The translations under genes and the position numbers were made by a program. A DNA stretch of 64,000 bases from the human T2T-CHM13v2.0 reference genome, Homo sapiens: the NCBI RefSeq assembly GCF_009914755.1, contig NC_060940.1. One strand, 5' to 3'. Positions 1-19,008 of this stretch are shown one piece after another (positions within the stretch are counted from its first letter, which is position 1; every line of letters begins with the position of its first letter). Below the pieces are notes generated by a model. The model did no database searches. It saw only the letters and a program-made list of their open reading frames with translations, and was not told the origin of the DNA.

Positions 1-1154
1 AAGCACTCCAAATGTCCACTTGCAGATTCTACAAAAAGAGTATTTCAAAACTGTTCAATCAAAAGAGAGGTTGAACTCTGTGAGATGAATGCACACATCA
101 AAAACAAGTTTCTCAGAATGCTTTTGTGAATTTTCTATTCAAAGATATTTCCTTTTCCACAGTAGACCTTGATGCAATCCAAATATCCACTTGCAAATTC
201 TACAAAAAGGGTGTTTCCAAACTGCTCAATCCAATGAAAGTTTCAACTCTATGAGATGAATGCACACATCAAAAAGGAGTTTCTCAGAATGCTTCTGTGT
301 AGTTATTAGGTGAAGATGTTTCCTTTTCAAAAATAGGCCACAAAGGGCTCCAAATATCCACTTGCAGATTCTACACAAAGAGAGATTCAAAACTGTTCAA
401 TCAAATGACAGGTTCAACTCTGTGAGTTGAATGCACACATCACACAGAAGTTTCTCAGAATAGTTCTGTGTAGTTTTCTTGTGAAGATATTTCCTTTTCC
501 ACTACGGGCCTCAAAGCGCTCCAAATATCCACTTGCAGATTCTACAAAAAGAGTGTTTCCAAACTGGTCAATCCAAAGAAAGGTTCAACTCCGTGACAGG
601 AATGCACACATCCAAAGACGTTTCTCAGAATTCTTCTGTGTAGTTTCTATGTGAAGATATTTCCTTTTCCAAAATAGGTCTCAAAGTGCTACAAATATCC
701 ACCTGCAAGTTCTACAAAAAGTCTATTTCAAAACGACTCAAACAAAAGACAGGTTCTACTCTCTGAGATGAAAGCACACATCACAAAGACGTTTCTCAGA
801 ATCCTTCCGTGTAGTTTTTATGTGAAAGTATTTCCTTTTCCACTATAGGCATCAAAGCGCTTCAAATATCCACTTGCAGATTTTATAAAAAGAGTATTTC
901 AAAACTGCTCAATGAAAAGAAAGTTTAAACTCTGTAAGATGAATGCACACATCACAAAGAAGTTTCTCAGAATGCTTCTGTGTTTTTTTTATGTGAAGAT
1001 ATTTCCTTTTCCACAATAGTCCTTGATGCGATCCAAATATCCACTTGCAAATTCTACAAAAAGGGTGTTTCAAAACTGCTCAATCAAAGTAAATTTTCAA
1101 CTCTATGAGATGCGTGCACACATCACAAGGAAAATTCTCAGAATGCTTCTGTGT

Positions 1155-1484
<330 letters not shown>

Positions 1485-2347
1485 CTGTGTAGTTTTTATG
1501 TGAAGATATTTCCTTTTCAATAATAGGCCGCTAAGGGCTGCAAATATCCACTTGCAGATTCTACAAAAAGAGAGATTCAAAACTGTTCAATCAAATGACA
1601 GGTTCAACCCTGTGAGTTGAATGCACACGTCATGCAGAACTTTCTCAGAATGCTTCTGTGTAGTTTTTATGTGAAGATATTTCCTTTTTCACCATAGGCC
1701 TCAAAGCGCTCCAAATATCCACTTGCAGATTCTACAAAAAGAGTGTTTCCAAACTGCTCCATCAAAAGAGAGGTTCAACTCTGTGAGATGAATGCACACC
1801 TCACAAAGAAGTTTCTCAGAATGCTTCTTTGTAGTTTTTATGTGAAGATATTTCCTTTTCCGCAAAACGCCTCAAAGCACTCCAAATATCCCCTTGCAGA
1901 TTCTACAAAAAGAGTGTTTCAAAACTGCTGAATAAAATGAAAAGCTCAACTCTGTGGGATGAATTCACACATCACAAAGATGTTTCTCAGAATGCTTCTG
2001 TGTAGTTTTTATTTGAAGGTATTTTCTTTTCCATCCCAGCCCATGAAGGGCTGCATGTAACCACTTGAAGATGCTACAAAAAGAGAGTTTTGAAACTGCT
2101 CCATCAAAAGATAGGTTCAAATCTGTGAGTTGAATGCAGACATTGCAAAGAAGTATCTTGGTATTCTTCTGTGTAGTTTTTATGTGAAGATATTTCTTTT
2201 TCCACCATAGTCGTCAAATTGCTTCGAATATCCACTTGCAGATTCCACAAAAAGAGTGTTTCAAAAGTGAACAATCAAAAGAGAGGTTGAACTCTGTGAG
2301 ATGAATGCACAGATCACAAACAAGTTTCTCAGAATGCTTCTGTGTAC

Positions 2348-3316
<969 letters not shown>

Positions 3317-6300
3317 TGTGCTTTTTATGTGAACATATTACCTTCTCCACCATAGGCCTCAAAGCGCTCAAAATATCCACTTGCAGATTCTTCAAAAAGA
3401 GTGTTTCCAAACTGCTGAATGAAAAGAAATGTTCAACTCTGTGAGATGAATGCACACATCACAAAGAAGATTCTCAGAATGCTTCTGTGTAGTTTTTAAG
3501 TGAAGATATTTCCTTTTCCAGCATAGGCCTCAAAGCACTCCAAATATCCACTTGCAGATTCTACAAAAAGAGTGTTTCAAAACTGCTCAATCAAAAGAGA
3601 GCTTGTACTCTGTGAGATGAATGCACACATCACTAAGAAGTTTCTCAGAATGCTTCTGTGTAGTTTTTCTATGAAGATATTCCTTTTTCCACCATAGACT
3701 TCAAAGGGCTCCAAATATCCACTTGAAGATTCTACAAAAAGAGAGTTTCAAAACTGCTCTATCAAAAGATAGGTTCAACTCTGTGAGTTGAATGCACACA
3801 TCACAAAGTAGTTTCTCAGAATGCTTCTGGGTAGTTTCTATGTGAAGATATTTCCTTTTCCACCATAGGCCTCAAAGCGCTCCCAATATCCACTTGCCAA
3901 TCCTACAAAAAGAGTGTTTCCAAACTGCTGAATAAAATGAAAGGCTCAACTCTGTGAGATGAGTTCACACATCACAAAGAAATTTGTCAGAATGCTTCTG
4001 TGTAGTTTTTATGTGAAGATATTTCCTTTTTCATCTCAGGCCACAAATGGCTCCATGCATCCAATTGAATATGCTACAAAAAGAGAGTTTTGAAACTGCT
4101 CGATCAAAAGGTAAGTTCAAATTTGTGAGTTGAATGCACACTTCACAATGGAGTATCTTGGAATTTTTCTGTGCAGGTTTTTCGTGAAGATATATCCTTT
4201 TCCACCATAGGTTTCAAAATTGCTCCGAATATCCACTTGCAGATTCCACAAAAAGAGGGTTTCAAAAGTGCACAATCAAAACAGAGGTTCAACTCTGTGA
4301 GATGAATGCACACATCAAAAAGAAGTTTCTCAGAATGCTTCTGTGTACTTTTTATGTGAAGATATTTCCTTTTCCAAAATAGGTCTCAAAGCGCCCCAAA
4401 TATCCACCTGCAGGTTCTACAAAAAGTCTGTTTCAAACCTGCTCAATCAAAAGACAGGTTCAACTCTCTGAGATGAATGCACACATCACAAAGAAGTTTC
4501 TCAGAATGCTTCTGTGTAGTTTTTGTGTGAAGATATTTCCTTTTCCACTCTAGGCATCAAAGGGCTTCATATATCCACTTGCAGATCCTATCAAAAGAGT
4601 GTTTCAAAACTGCTCAATCAAAGGAAAGTTTAAACTCTGTGAGATGAATGCACACATCACAAAGGAGTTTCTCAGAATGCTTCTGTGTATTTTTTATGTG
4701 AAGATATTTCCTTTTCCACAATAGACCTCGATGTTATCCAAATATCCACTTGCAAATTCTACAAAAAGGGTGTTTCCAAACTGCTCAATCAAATGAAAGT
4801 TTCACCTCTATGAGATGAATGCACACATCACAAGGAAGTTTCTCCGAATGCTTCTGTGTAGTTTTTATGTGAAGATATTTCCTTTTCAAAAATAGGCCGC
4901 AAAGGGATCCAAATATCCTGTTACATATTCAGCAGAAACAGAAATTCAAAACTGTCCAATCAAACGACAGGCTCAACTCTGTGAGTTGAGTGCACACATC
5001 ACAAACAAGGTTCTCAGAATGCTTCTGTGTAGTTTTTATGTGAAGATATTTCCTTTTCCACAATAGGCCTCAAAGTGCTGCAAATATCCCCTTGCAGATT
5101 CTACAGAAAGTGTGTTTCCAAACTGCTCAATAAAATGAAAGACTCAACTCTGTGAGATGAATTCACATATCACAAAGAAGTTTCTCAGAATGCTTCTGTG
5201 TAGTTTTTATGTGAAGATATTTCCTTTTCCATCATAAGCCACAAAGGGCTCCATGTATCCACTTGAAGATGCTACAAAAAGAGAGTTTCAAAACTGCTCA
5301 ATCAAAAGATAGGTTCAAATTTGTGAGTTGAATGCACACATCACAATGAAGTATCTCGGAATTCTTCTGTGTAGTTTTTATCTCAAGACGTTTCCTTTTC
5401 CACAATAGGTGTCAGATTGTTCCCAATATCCACTTGCAGATTCCACAAAAAGAGGGTTTCAAAAGTGCACAATCAAAAGAGAGGTTCAACTCTGTGAGAT
5501 GAATTCACACATCACAAAGAAGTTTCTTAGAATGCTTCTGTGTACTTTTTATGTGAAGATATTTCCTTCTCCACCATAGGCCTCAAAGGGCTCCAATTAT
5601 CCACTTGCAGATTCTTCAAAAACAGTGTTTCAAAGCTGATCCATCAAAAGAAAGGCTCAACTCTGTGAGATGAATGCACACATCATATAGAAGATTCTCA
5701 GAATGCTTCTGTGTAGTTTTTATGTGAAGATATTGCCTTTTCCAGCATAGGCCTCAAATCGCTGAAAATATCCACTTGCAGATTCTAGAAAAAGAGTGTT
5801 TCCAAACTGCTCAATGAAAACAAAGGTTCTACTCTGTGGGAGGAATGCACACATTGCAAAGAAGTTTCTCTGAATACTTCTGTGTAGTTTTTTTGTGAAT
5901 ATATTTCCTTTTCTACCATAGGCATTAAAGCGCTCCAAATATCCACTTGAAGATTCTACAAAAAGAGTATTTCCAAACTGCTTAATCAAAAGAAAAATTC
6001 AGCTCTGTGAGATGAATGCACACATCACAAAAAAGATTCTGAGAACGTTTCTGTGTAGTTTTTATGTGAAGATATTTCCTTTTCCACCATAGGCTTCAAA
6101 GCACTCCAAATATCCACTTGCAGATTCTACAAAAAGAGAGTTTCAAAATTTCTCTATCAAAGTAGTGATTCAACGCAGTGAGTTGAATGCACACATTACA
6201 AAGAAGTTTCTCAGAATGCTTCTGTGTAGTTTTTATGTGAAGATATTTCCTTCACCACCAGAGGCCTGAAAGCGCTCCAAATATCTAAGTTGCAGTTTCT

Positions 6301-9300
6301 ACAAAAGAGTGTTTCAAAACTGCTCAATCAAAAGAAAGTTTCAACTCTTTGAGATGAATGCACACATCACTAAGAAGTTTCTCAGAATTCTTCTGTGTAG
6401 TTTTTGTGTGAAGATATTTCCTTTTCCACCACAGGCCGCAAGGGGCTCCAAATAAGCACTTTCAGACTGTACAAAAAGAGAGTTTCCAAACTGCTCTATC
6501 AAAAGAAAGGGTCAACTCTGCGAGTTGAATGCACACATAACAAAAGTTTCTCAGAATGCTTCTGTGTAGTTTTTGTGTGAAGATATTTCCTTTTCCACCA
6601 TAGGCCTCAAAGTGCTTCAAATATCCACTGGCAGATTCTACAAAAAAGAGTGTTGCAAAACTGCTCAATCAAAAGAAATATTCAACTCTGTGAGACGAAT
6701 CCACACATCACGAAGAAGTTTCTCAGAATTCTTCTGTGTAGTTTTTATCAGAAGATATTTCTTTTACCAGAAAAGGCCTCCAAGATTTCCGAATATCCAC
6801 TTGCAGATTCTACTAAAAGACTGTTTCCAAACTGCTCAATCAAAAGAACGGTTCAACTCTGTGAGATGAATGCACAAATCACAAGTAAGTTTCTGAGAAT
6901 GCTTCCGTGTAGTTTTTATGTGAAGATATTTCCTTTTCCACCATAAGCCTCAATGCACTTCAAATATCCACTTACAGATTCTAAAAAAGGCAGTTTCAAA
7001 ACTGTTCAATCAAACGAAAGTTTCAACTCTGTGAGATGAATGCACAAATCACAAAGAAGTTTCTCAGAATGCTTCAGTGTAGTTTTTAGGGGAGGAGATT
7101 TCCTTTTCCACAATTGGCCAAAAAAAGCTCCAAATAACCACTTGCACAGACTGCAAAAAGCGAGTTGCAAAACTGCTCTATCAAAAGATATGTTCAACTC
7201 TGCGAGTTGAATGCAAACATCACAAAGAAGTTTCTCAGAATGTTTTTGTGTAGTTTTTATGTGAAGATAGTTCCTTTTCCACCATAGGCCTCTAAGTGCT
7301 CCACATATCCACTTGTAGATTCTACAATGAGTGTTTCAAAACTGCTCAATAAAAAGAAAGATTCAACTCTGTGAGATGAATGCACACATCACAAAGAAGT
7401 TTCTCAGAATCCTTCTCTGTAGTTTTTATGTGAAGATATTTCCTTTTCCACAATAGGCCTCCAAGGGCTCCAAATATCCACTTGCAGATTCTACTAAAAG
7501 AGTGTTTCCAAACTGCTCAATCAAAAGAAAGGTTCAACTCCATGAGATGAATGTGCACATCACAAAGAAGTTTCTGAGAATGCTTCTGTGTAGTTTTTAT
7601 GGGAAGATATTAAATTTTTCACAATAGGCCTGAAAGCGCTGCAAATATCCACTTGCAGATTCTAGAAAAAGAGTGTTTCAAAACTGCTCAATCATATGAA
7701 ATGTTCAACTCTGTGAGATGAATGCACACATCACAAAGAAGTTTCACAGAATACTTCTGTGTAGTTTTTATGTGAAGATACTTCCTTTTCCACCATAGGC
7801 TGCAAAGGGTTCCAAATATCCACTTACCAATTCTACAAAAAGACGGTTTCGTAACTGCTCTATCAAAAGATAGGTTCAACCCTGTGAGATGACTGTACAC
7901 ATCACAAAGAAGTTTCTCAGAATGCTTCTGTGTAGTTTTTATGTGAAGATATTTCCTTTTCTTCCTTAGGCCTCAAAGCACTACAAATATCCACTTGCAG
8001 ATTCTACAAAAAGAATGTTTCAAAACTGCTCAATCAAAGAAAGGTACAACTCTATGAGATGAATGCACGCATCACAAAGAAGTTTCTCAGAACGCTTCTG
8101 TGTAGGTTTTATGTGAAGAAATTTCCCTTTCCGCAATAGGCCTCAAAGCGCTCCATATATCCACTTGCCGATTCTACAAAAAGAGTTTTTCCAAACTACT
8201 CAATGAAAAGAGAGGTTCACCTCTGTGAGATAAATGCACACATCACAAAGCAGATTCCCACAATGCTTTTGTGTAGTTTTTATGTGAAGATATTTCCTTT
8301 TCCACCATTGGCCTCAAAGGGCTCCAAATGGCCACTTGCAGATTCTATAAAAAGAGTGTTTCAAAACTGCTCAATCAAATGTAATGTTCAACTCTGTGAG
8401 AAGAATGCACACATCGCAAGGAAGTTTCTCAGAATACTTCTGTGTAGTTTTTATAGTAAGATATTTCCTTTTTCACCATCTGTCACAAAAGGCTCCAAAT
8501 AATCACTTGCAGATTCAACAAAAAGAGAGTTTCAAAACTCTTCTATGAAAACATAGGTTCAACTCTGTGAGTTGAATGCACACATCACAAAGCAGTTTCT
8601 CAGAATGCTTCTGTGTAGTTTTTATGTGAACATATTTACTTTTCCACCATAGCCCTCAAAGGGCTGCAAATATCCACTTGCAGATTCTGCAAAAAGTGTG
8701 ATTCAAAACTGCTCAGTAAAAAGAATGTTTCAACTCTGTGAGATGAATGCACACTTCACAAAGGAGTTTCTCAGCATGCTTCTGTTGTGTTTTTCTGTGA
8801 AGTCACATCCTTTTCCACCATAGTGATCCATGTGCTCCAAATACCCACTTGCAGATTCTACAAAAAGCGGGTTTCAAAACTGGTCAATCAAAAGAAAGTT
8901 TCAACTCTGTGAGATGAATGCACACATCAAAAAGAAGTTTCTCAGAATGCTTCTGTCTTGTTTTTATGTGAAGATATTTCCTTTTCCACCATAGTCCTCA
9001 AACCTCTCCAAATATTCATTTGCAGATACCACAAAAACACGGTTTTCAAACTGTGCAATCAAAAGAAAAGTTCAACTCTGTGAGTTAAATGCACACAACA
9101 CAAATAACTTTCTCAGAATGCTTCTGTGTAGTTTTTAGATAAAGATATATCCTTTTCCACAATAGGCCTCAAAGCGCTCCAAATATCCACTTCCAGATTC
9201 TACAAAAAGAGTGTTTCAAAACTGTTCAATCAAAAGAAAGTTTCATCTCTGTGAAATGAATGCACACATCACACAGAAGTTTCTCAGAATGTTTCTGCTA

Positions 9301-9380
9301 GATTTTATGTGAAGATATTTCTTTTTCCACCATAGGCTGCAAAGCACTCCAAATATCCAATTGCAGCTTCTACAAAAAGA

Positions 9381-9738
9381 GTGTTTCAAAACTGCTGAAT
9401 CAAAAGTAAGGTTCAACTCTGTTAGTTGAATACACACATGACAAGGAAGTTTCTCAGAATACTTCTATGTATTTTTTAGACGAAGTTATTCCCTTTTCCA
9501 CCATAGGCCCCTAATTGCTTCAAATATCCACTAGCAGATAATACAAAAAGTGTGTTTCAAAACTGCTGAATCAAAAGTAAGATTCAGCTCTGTTAGTTGA
9601 ATACACACATGACAAGGAAGTTTCTCAGAATACGTCTATGTATTTTTTAGATGAAGTTATTCCCTTTTCCACCATAGGCCCCTAATTGCTTCAAATATCC
9701 ACTAGCAGATTATACAAAAAGTGTGTTTCAAAACTGCT
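9381..9738. repeat. Recent tandem duplication of one alpha monomer (171 bp)
   Basis: 9381-9551 and 9552-9722 share private variants (CACATGACAAGG, GAAGTTATTCCC, GGCCCCTAATTGC, CACTAGCAG), with about 5 differences by eye. Confidence 0.92.
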
Positions 9739-12700
9739 CTATCAAAAGAAAGGTTGAAGCCTGGGAGTTCAATGCACACATCACAAAGAAGTTTCTCAGA
9801 ATGCTTCTTTCTTGTATTTATGTGAAGACATTTCCTTTTCCACCATAGGCCTGAAACTGCTCATAATATCCATTTGCAGAAACAACAAAAAGAGTGTTTC
9901 AAAACTGCTGCCTCTAAAGAAATATTCAGCTCGGTGAACTGAATGCACACATCACAAAGAAGTTTCTCAGAATGCTTCTGTCTAGTTTTTATGTGTAGAT
10001 ATTTAGTTTTACACCATAGGCCTCAAATGGTTCCAAATATCCACTTGCAGATCCTACAAAAAGACGGTTTCCAAACTGCTCAAGCAAAAGAGAGCTTCGA
10101 ATCGGTCAGTTGAACGCACACATCACAAAGAAGTTTCTCAGAATGCTTCTGTCTAGTTTTTTTGTGAAGATATTTCCTTTTCCACCATAGGCCTCAAAAT
10201 GCTCCAAATATACACTTGCAGATTCTACAAAAGGTGTGTTTCAAAACTGCTAAATCGAAAGAAAGGTTCAACCCTGTGAGATGATTGCTCACATCACAAA
10301 GAAGTTTCTCAGAATGCTTCTGTCTAGTTCTTTCGTGAAGATATTTTCTTTTCTACCATGGGCCTCAAAGTGCTCAAAATATCCACTTGCAGATTGTACA
10401 GAAAGCCTGTTTCCAAACTGCTCAATCAAAAGAAAGGTTCAACTCTGTGAGTTGAATGCACACATCATGAAGTAGCTTCTCAGAATGCTTCTGTCAAGTT
10501 TTTATGTGAAGATTTTTTTAAAACTGTAGGCATCAAAGTGCTCCAAATATCAACATGCAGATAGTACAAAAAGAGAATTTCCAAACGGCTCAATTATAAG
10601 AGAGGTTGAATTCTGTGAGTTTAATGCACACATCACAAAGAAGTTTCTGAGAATGCTTCAGTCTAGTTTTTATGTGAAGATATTTCCTTTTCCACCATAG
10701 GCCTCAAAGCACTCCAAATATGCACTCGCAGATTCTACAAAAAGAGTGTTTGAAAACTGCTCAATTAAAATAAAGGTTCAAATCTGTTAGATGAATGCAC
10801 ACATCACAAAGAAGTTTCTCAGAAAACTTCTGTCTAGTTTGTATGTGAAAACATTTCCTTTTCCACTAGAAGTCATAAACTGTTGCAATTATCCAATTGC
10901 AGATTCTACAAAAATAGTGTTTCATAACTGCTTAGTCAAAAGAAAGGTTCAACTCCGTTATTAGAATGCATACATCAAAAAGAAGTTTCTAAGAATGCTT
11001 CTTTCTAGTTTTTTTGTGAAGATATTTCCTTTTCCAAATTAGGCCACAAATCCCTTCAAATATCCACATGCAGATACTACAAAAAGAGTGTTTCAAAACT
11101 GCTCAAGCCAAAGAAAGGTTCTACTGTGGGAGATGAATGCACACATCACAAAGTAGTTTCTCAGAATGCCTCTGTTTAATTTTTATGTGAAGATATTTCC
11201 TTTTCCACCATAGGCTGCAAAGGGCTGAAAATATTCACTTGCAGATTCTACAAAAAGAGAGTTTCAAAACTACTCTATCAAAATATAGGTTCAACTCTGT
11301 GAGTTGCATGCACACATCACGAAGAAGTTTCTCAGAATGCTTCTGTGAAGTTTTTATGTAAAGATATTTCCTTTTCCACCATAGGCTGTAAAGGACTCCA
11401 AATATCCACTTGCAGATTCTACAAAAAAAGAGTTTCAAAACTGCTCTGTCAAAAGATATGTTCAACTCTTCGAGTTGAATGTGCACATCACAAAGAAGTT
11501 TCTCAGAATGCTTCTGTGTAGTTTTTATGTGAAGATATGTCCTTTTCCCCCATAGGCCACAAATGGCTCCAAATATCCCCTTGCATATTCTACAAAATAG
11601 AGTTTCAAAACTGCTCTATGAAAAGATAGGTTGAACTCTGTGAGTTGAATGCACACATCACAAAACGTTTCTGAGAATGCTTCTGTGTAGTTTTTATGTG
11701 AAGATATTTCCTTTTCCACAATTGGCCTCAAACTACTCCAAATATCCATTTGCGCATCCTACAAAAAGAGGGTTTCAAAACTGCTCTATCAAAAGATAGG
11801 TTCAACCCTGTGAGTTGAATGGACACATCACAAAGAAGTTTCTCAGAATGCTTTGGTGTAGTTTTTATGTAAAGATATTTCCTTTTCCATCATAGGCCTC
11901 AAAGCGCTCCAAATATCCACATGCAGATTCTAGAAAAAGAGTGTTTCCAAACTACTCCATCAAAAGAAAGTTTCAACTCTGTTAGATGAATGCACACATC
12001 ACAAAGAAGTTTCTCAGAATGCCTCTGGGTAGTTTTTATGTGAAGATATTTCCTTTTCCAACATAGGCCACAAAGGGCTACAAATACCCACTTGCAGATT
12101 CTACAAAAAGAGAGTTTCAAAACTGCCCTATCAAAAGATAGGTTCAACCCTGTGAGTTGAATGCACACATCACAAAGAAGTTTCTGAGAAAGTCCCCGTG
12201 TAGTTTTTATGTGAAGATATTTCCTTTTCGACCATAGGCCACAAAGCGCTCCAAACATCCACTTGCCGAATATACAAACAGAGTGTTTCAAAATTGCTAA
12301 ATCAAAAGAAAGGTTCATCTCTGTGAGATGAAGGCACACATCACAAAGAAGTTTCTCAGAATGCTTGTGTATAGTTTTTATGTGAAAATATTTCCTTTTC
12401 CACAATAGGCCTCAACGGGCTCCAAAACTCCACTTGCAGATTCTATAAGAAGAGAATTTCAAAACTGCTCTATCAAAGATAGGTTCAACTATGTTAGTTG
12501 AATGCACACATCACAAAGAAGTTTCTGAGAATGATGTTGTGTAGTTTTTATGTGAAGATATTTCCTTTTCCACCATAGCCCTCAAAGCACTCCAAATATC
12601 CACTTGCAGACTCTGCAAAGGAGTGTTTCCAAACTTCTAAATAAAAAGAAACGTTCACCTCAGTGGGATCAATGCACACATCACAAAGAAGCTTCTCAGA

Positions 12701-15700
12701 ATGCTTCTTTGAAGTTTTAATGTGAAGATATCTCCTTTTCCACCATAGGCCACCAAGGGCTCCAAATATCCACTTGCAGATTATACAAAAAGAGAGTATG
12801 AAAACCGCTCTATCAAAAGATAGTTTCAACTCTGCGAGTTGAATGTACACATCACAAAGAAGTTTCTCAGAATGCTTCTGTGTAGTTTTTATGTTAAGAT
12901 ATTTCCTTTTCCACCATAGGCCTCAAAGCGCTCCAAATATCCACTTGCAGATTCTACAAAAAGAGAGTTTCAAAAGTGCTCTATCAAAAGAAATTTTCAA
13001 ATATGTGAGATGAATGCAAGTATCACAAAGAAGTTTCTCAAATTTTTCTGTGTAGTTTTTATGTGAAGATATTTCCTTTTCCACAATAGGCCTCAAAAGG
13101 CTCCAAGTATCCACACACAGATTCTACAAAAAGAGTGTTTCCAAAATGCTCATTCAAAAGAAAGGTTGAAGTCTGAGATGAATACACACATCACAAAGAA
13201 GTTTCTGAGAATGCCTCTATGTAGTTTTTATATGAAGATATTTCCTTTTGCACAATAGGCCTCAAAGTGATCCAAATATCCACTGGCAGTTTCTAGAAAA
13301 TGAGTGTTCCAAAACTGATAAATCAAATGAAATGTTTAACTCTGTGAGATAAATGCACACATCAAAAAGAAGTTTCCCAGAATGCTTCTGTGTAGTTTTT
13401 ATTGGAAGATATTTCCTTTTCCATTATGGGCTGCAAAGGCCTCCAAATATCCCCTTGCAGATCCTACAAAAAGAGAGTTCCAAAACTGCTCTATCGAAAG
13501 AAAGGTTCAACTATGTGAGATGAATGCACACATGAAAAGGAAGTCTATCAGAATGCTTCTGTGTAGTTTTTATGTTAAGATATTTCCTTTTGCAACATAA
13601 GCCACAAAGGTCTCCAAATCTCTGCTTGCATATACTAGAAAAAGAGTTTTTCCAAACTGCTCAATCAAAAGAAAGCTTCATATCTGTGAGATGAATGCAC
13701 ACATCACAAAGAAGTTTCTCAGAATGCTTCTGTGTAGTTTTTATGTGAAGATATTTCCTTTCCATCGCAGGCCCAAAGCGCTCCAAATATCCATTTGCAG
13801 ATTCTACAAAAAGTGTGTTTCAAACCTGCTCAACCAAAAGAAATGTTCAACTCTGTGAGATGAATGCACACATCACAAAAAAGTTTCTGAGAATGCTTCT
13901 GTGTGGTTTTATGTGAAGATATGTCTTTTTCAAAAACAGGCCTCAAAGCACTCCCAATATCCACTTGCAGATTCTACAAAAAGAGTGTTTCCAAACTACT
14001 CAATTAAAAGAAAAGTTCAACTCTGTGAGATGAATGCACACGTTGCAAAGGCGGTTCCTAGAATGTTTCTGTGTAGTTTTTCTTGGACGATATTTCGTTT
14101 TCCACCATAGGCCACAAAGGTTTCCAAACATCCACTTGTACATTCTACAAAAAGAGAGTTTAAAATATGCTTTATCAAAAGATAAGTTCAACTCTGTGAG
14201 TTGAATGCACACATCACAAAGAAGTTTCTCAGAATGCTTCTTTGTAGTTTTTAGGTGAAGATATTTCCTTTTCCATGCAGGCCTCAAAGCGCTCCAAATA
14301 CCCAGTTGTAGATACTACGAAAGGATTGTTTCAAAATTGGTGAATCAAAAGAAATGTTCAACTCTGTGAGATGAATGCACACATCACAAAGGAGTTTCTC
14401 AGAATGATTCTGTGTAGTTTTTATGTGGAGATATTTCCTTTTCCACAATAGGCCTCAAAGAGCTCCATATATCCACTTGCAGATTCTACAAAAATTGTGT
14501 TTCAAAACTGCTCAATCAAATGAAAGGTTCAGCTCTGTGAGATGAATGAACATATCACAAAGAAGTTTCTCCGAATGCTTCTGTTTAGTTTTTATGGGAA
14601 GATATTTCCTTTTCCACCATAGGAGGCAAAGGACTGCAAATATCCACTTGCAGATTCTACAAATAGAGAGTTTCAAAACTGCTCTATGAAAAGATAAGTT
14701 CAACTCTGTGAGTTGAATGCACACATCACAAAGTAGTTTCTCAGATTGCTTCTGTGTAGTTTTTATGTGAACATATTTCCTTTTCCACCAAAGGGCTAAA
14801 AGGGCTCCAAATATCCACTTGCAGATTCTACAAATAGAGAGTTTCAAAACTGCTCAATCAAAAGATAGGTTCAACTCTGTGAGTTGAATGCACACATCAC
14901 AAATTTGTTTCTCAGAAGGCTTCTGTGTAGTTTTTATGTGAAGATATTTCGCTTTCCACCATAGGCCTGAAAGTGATCCAAATATACTCTGGCAGATTCT
15001 GCAAAAACTGTTTCCAAACTGCTCAATCAAAAGAAAGGTTCAACTCTGTGAGATGAAACCGTCCATTGCAAAGAAGTTTCTCCGAATGTTTCTGTGTAGT
15101 TTCTATGGGAAAATATTTCCTTTTCTGCCATCTGCCTCAAAGGGCCCCAAATATCCACTTGTGGATTCTACAAAAAGAGTGTTTCCAAACTGCTCAATCA
15201 AAGCAACGGTTCAACTCAGTGAGATGAATGCACACATCACAAAGAAGTCTCTCAGAAGGCGTCTGTGTAGTTTTTATATGAAGATATTTACTTTTCCACA
15301 ATAAGCCTCAAAGCACTCCAAATATGCACTTGCAGATTTTACAAAAAGAGTGTTTAAAGATGGCTTAATCAAAAGAAAGCTTCAACTCTGTGAGATGAAT
15401 GCACACATCACAAAGAAGTTTCTCAGGATGTTTCTTTCTAGTTTTTATTGGAAGATATTTCCTTTTCCAACATAGGCCACAAAGGGCTTCAAATATCCAC
15501 TTGCGGATTCTACAAAAAGAGAGTATGCAAACTGCTGATTCAAAACAAAGGTTCAACTCCGTGCAATGAATGCACTCATCACAAAGAAGTTTCTGAGAAT
15601 GCTTCTGTGTAGTTTTTATGTGAAGATATTTCCTTTTCCACAATAGGCGTCAAAGCACTCCAAATATGCACTTGCAGATTCTACAAAAAGAGTGTTTCAA

Positions 15701-16302
15701 AACTGCTCCATCAAATGGAAGGTTCAACCCTGTGAGATGAATGCACACATCACAAAGTAGTTTCTCAGAATGCTTCTGTGTACCTTTTATGTGAAGATAT
15801 TTCCTTTTCCACCATAGGCTGCAAAGGGCTCCAAATATCCACTTGCAGATTCGACAAAAAGTGGGTTTTAAAACTGCTCTATCAAAAGATAGGTTCAACT
15901 GTGTGAGTAGCATGCAAACATCACAAAGAAGTTTCTCAGAATGCTTATGTGTAGTTTTTATGTGAATATATTTCCTTTTCCATCACAGGTCTCAAAGTGC
16001 TGCAAATATCCACTTGCAGATTCTACAAAAAGAGTGTTTCCAAACTGCTCAATCAAAATTAAGGTTCAACTCTGTGAGATGAAAGCACACATCACAAAGA
16101 AGCTTCTCGAAATGCTTCTGTGTAGTTTCTTTGGGAAGATGTTTCCTTTTCCATCATCTGACACAAAGAGCTCCAAATATCCAATTGCAGATTCTAAAAG
16201 ACGGCAGCTTCAAAACTGCTCTATCAAAAGATAGGTTGAACTCAGCGTGTTGAATACACACTTCACAAAGAAGTTTCTCAGAATGCTTCTGTGTAGTTTC
16301 TA

Positions 16303-18945
<2,643 letters not shown>

Positions 18946-19008
18946 TATGATGTTAGCTGGTGATTTTGCTCGTTAGTTGATGCAGTTTCTTCCTAGTCTC
19001 GATGGTCT

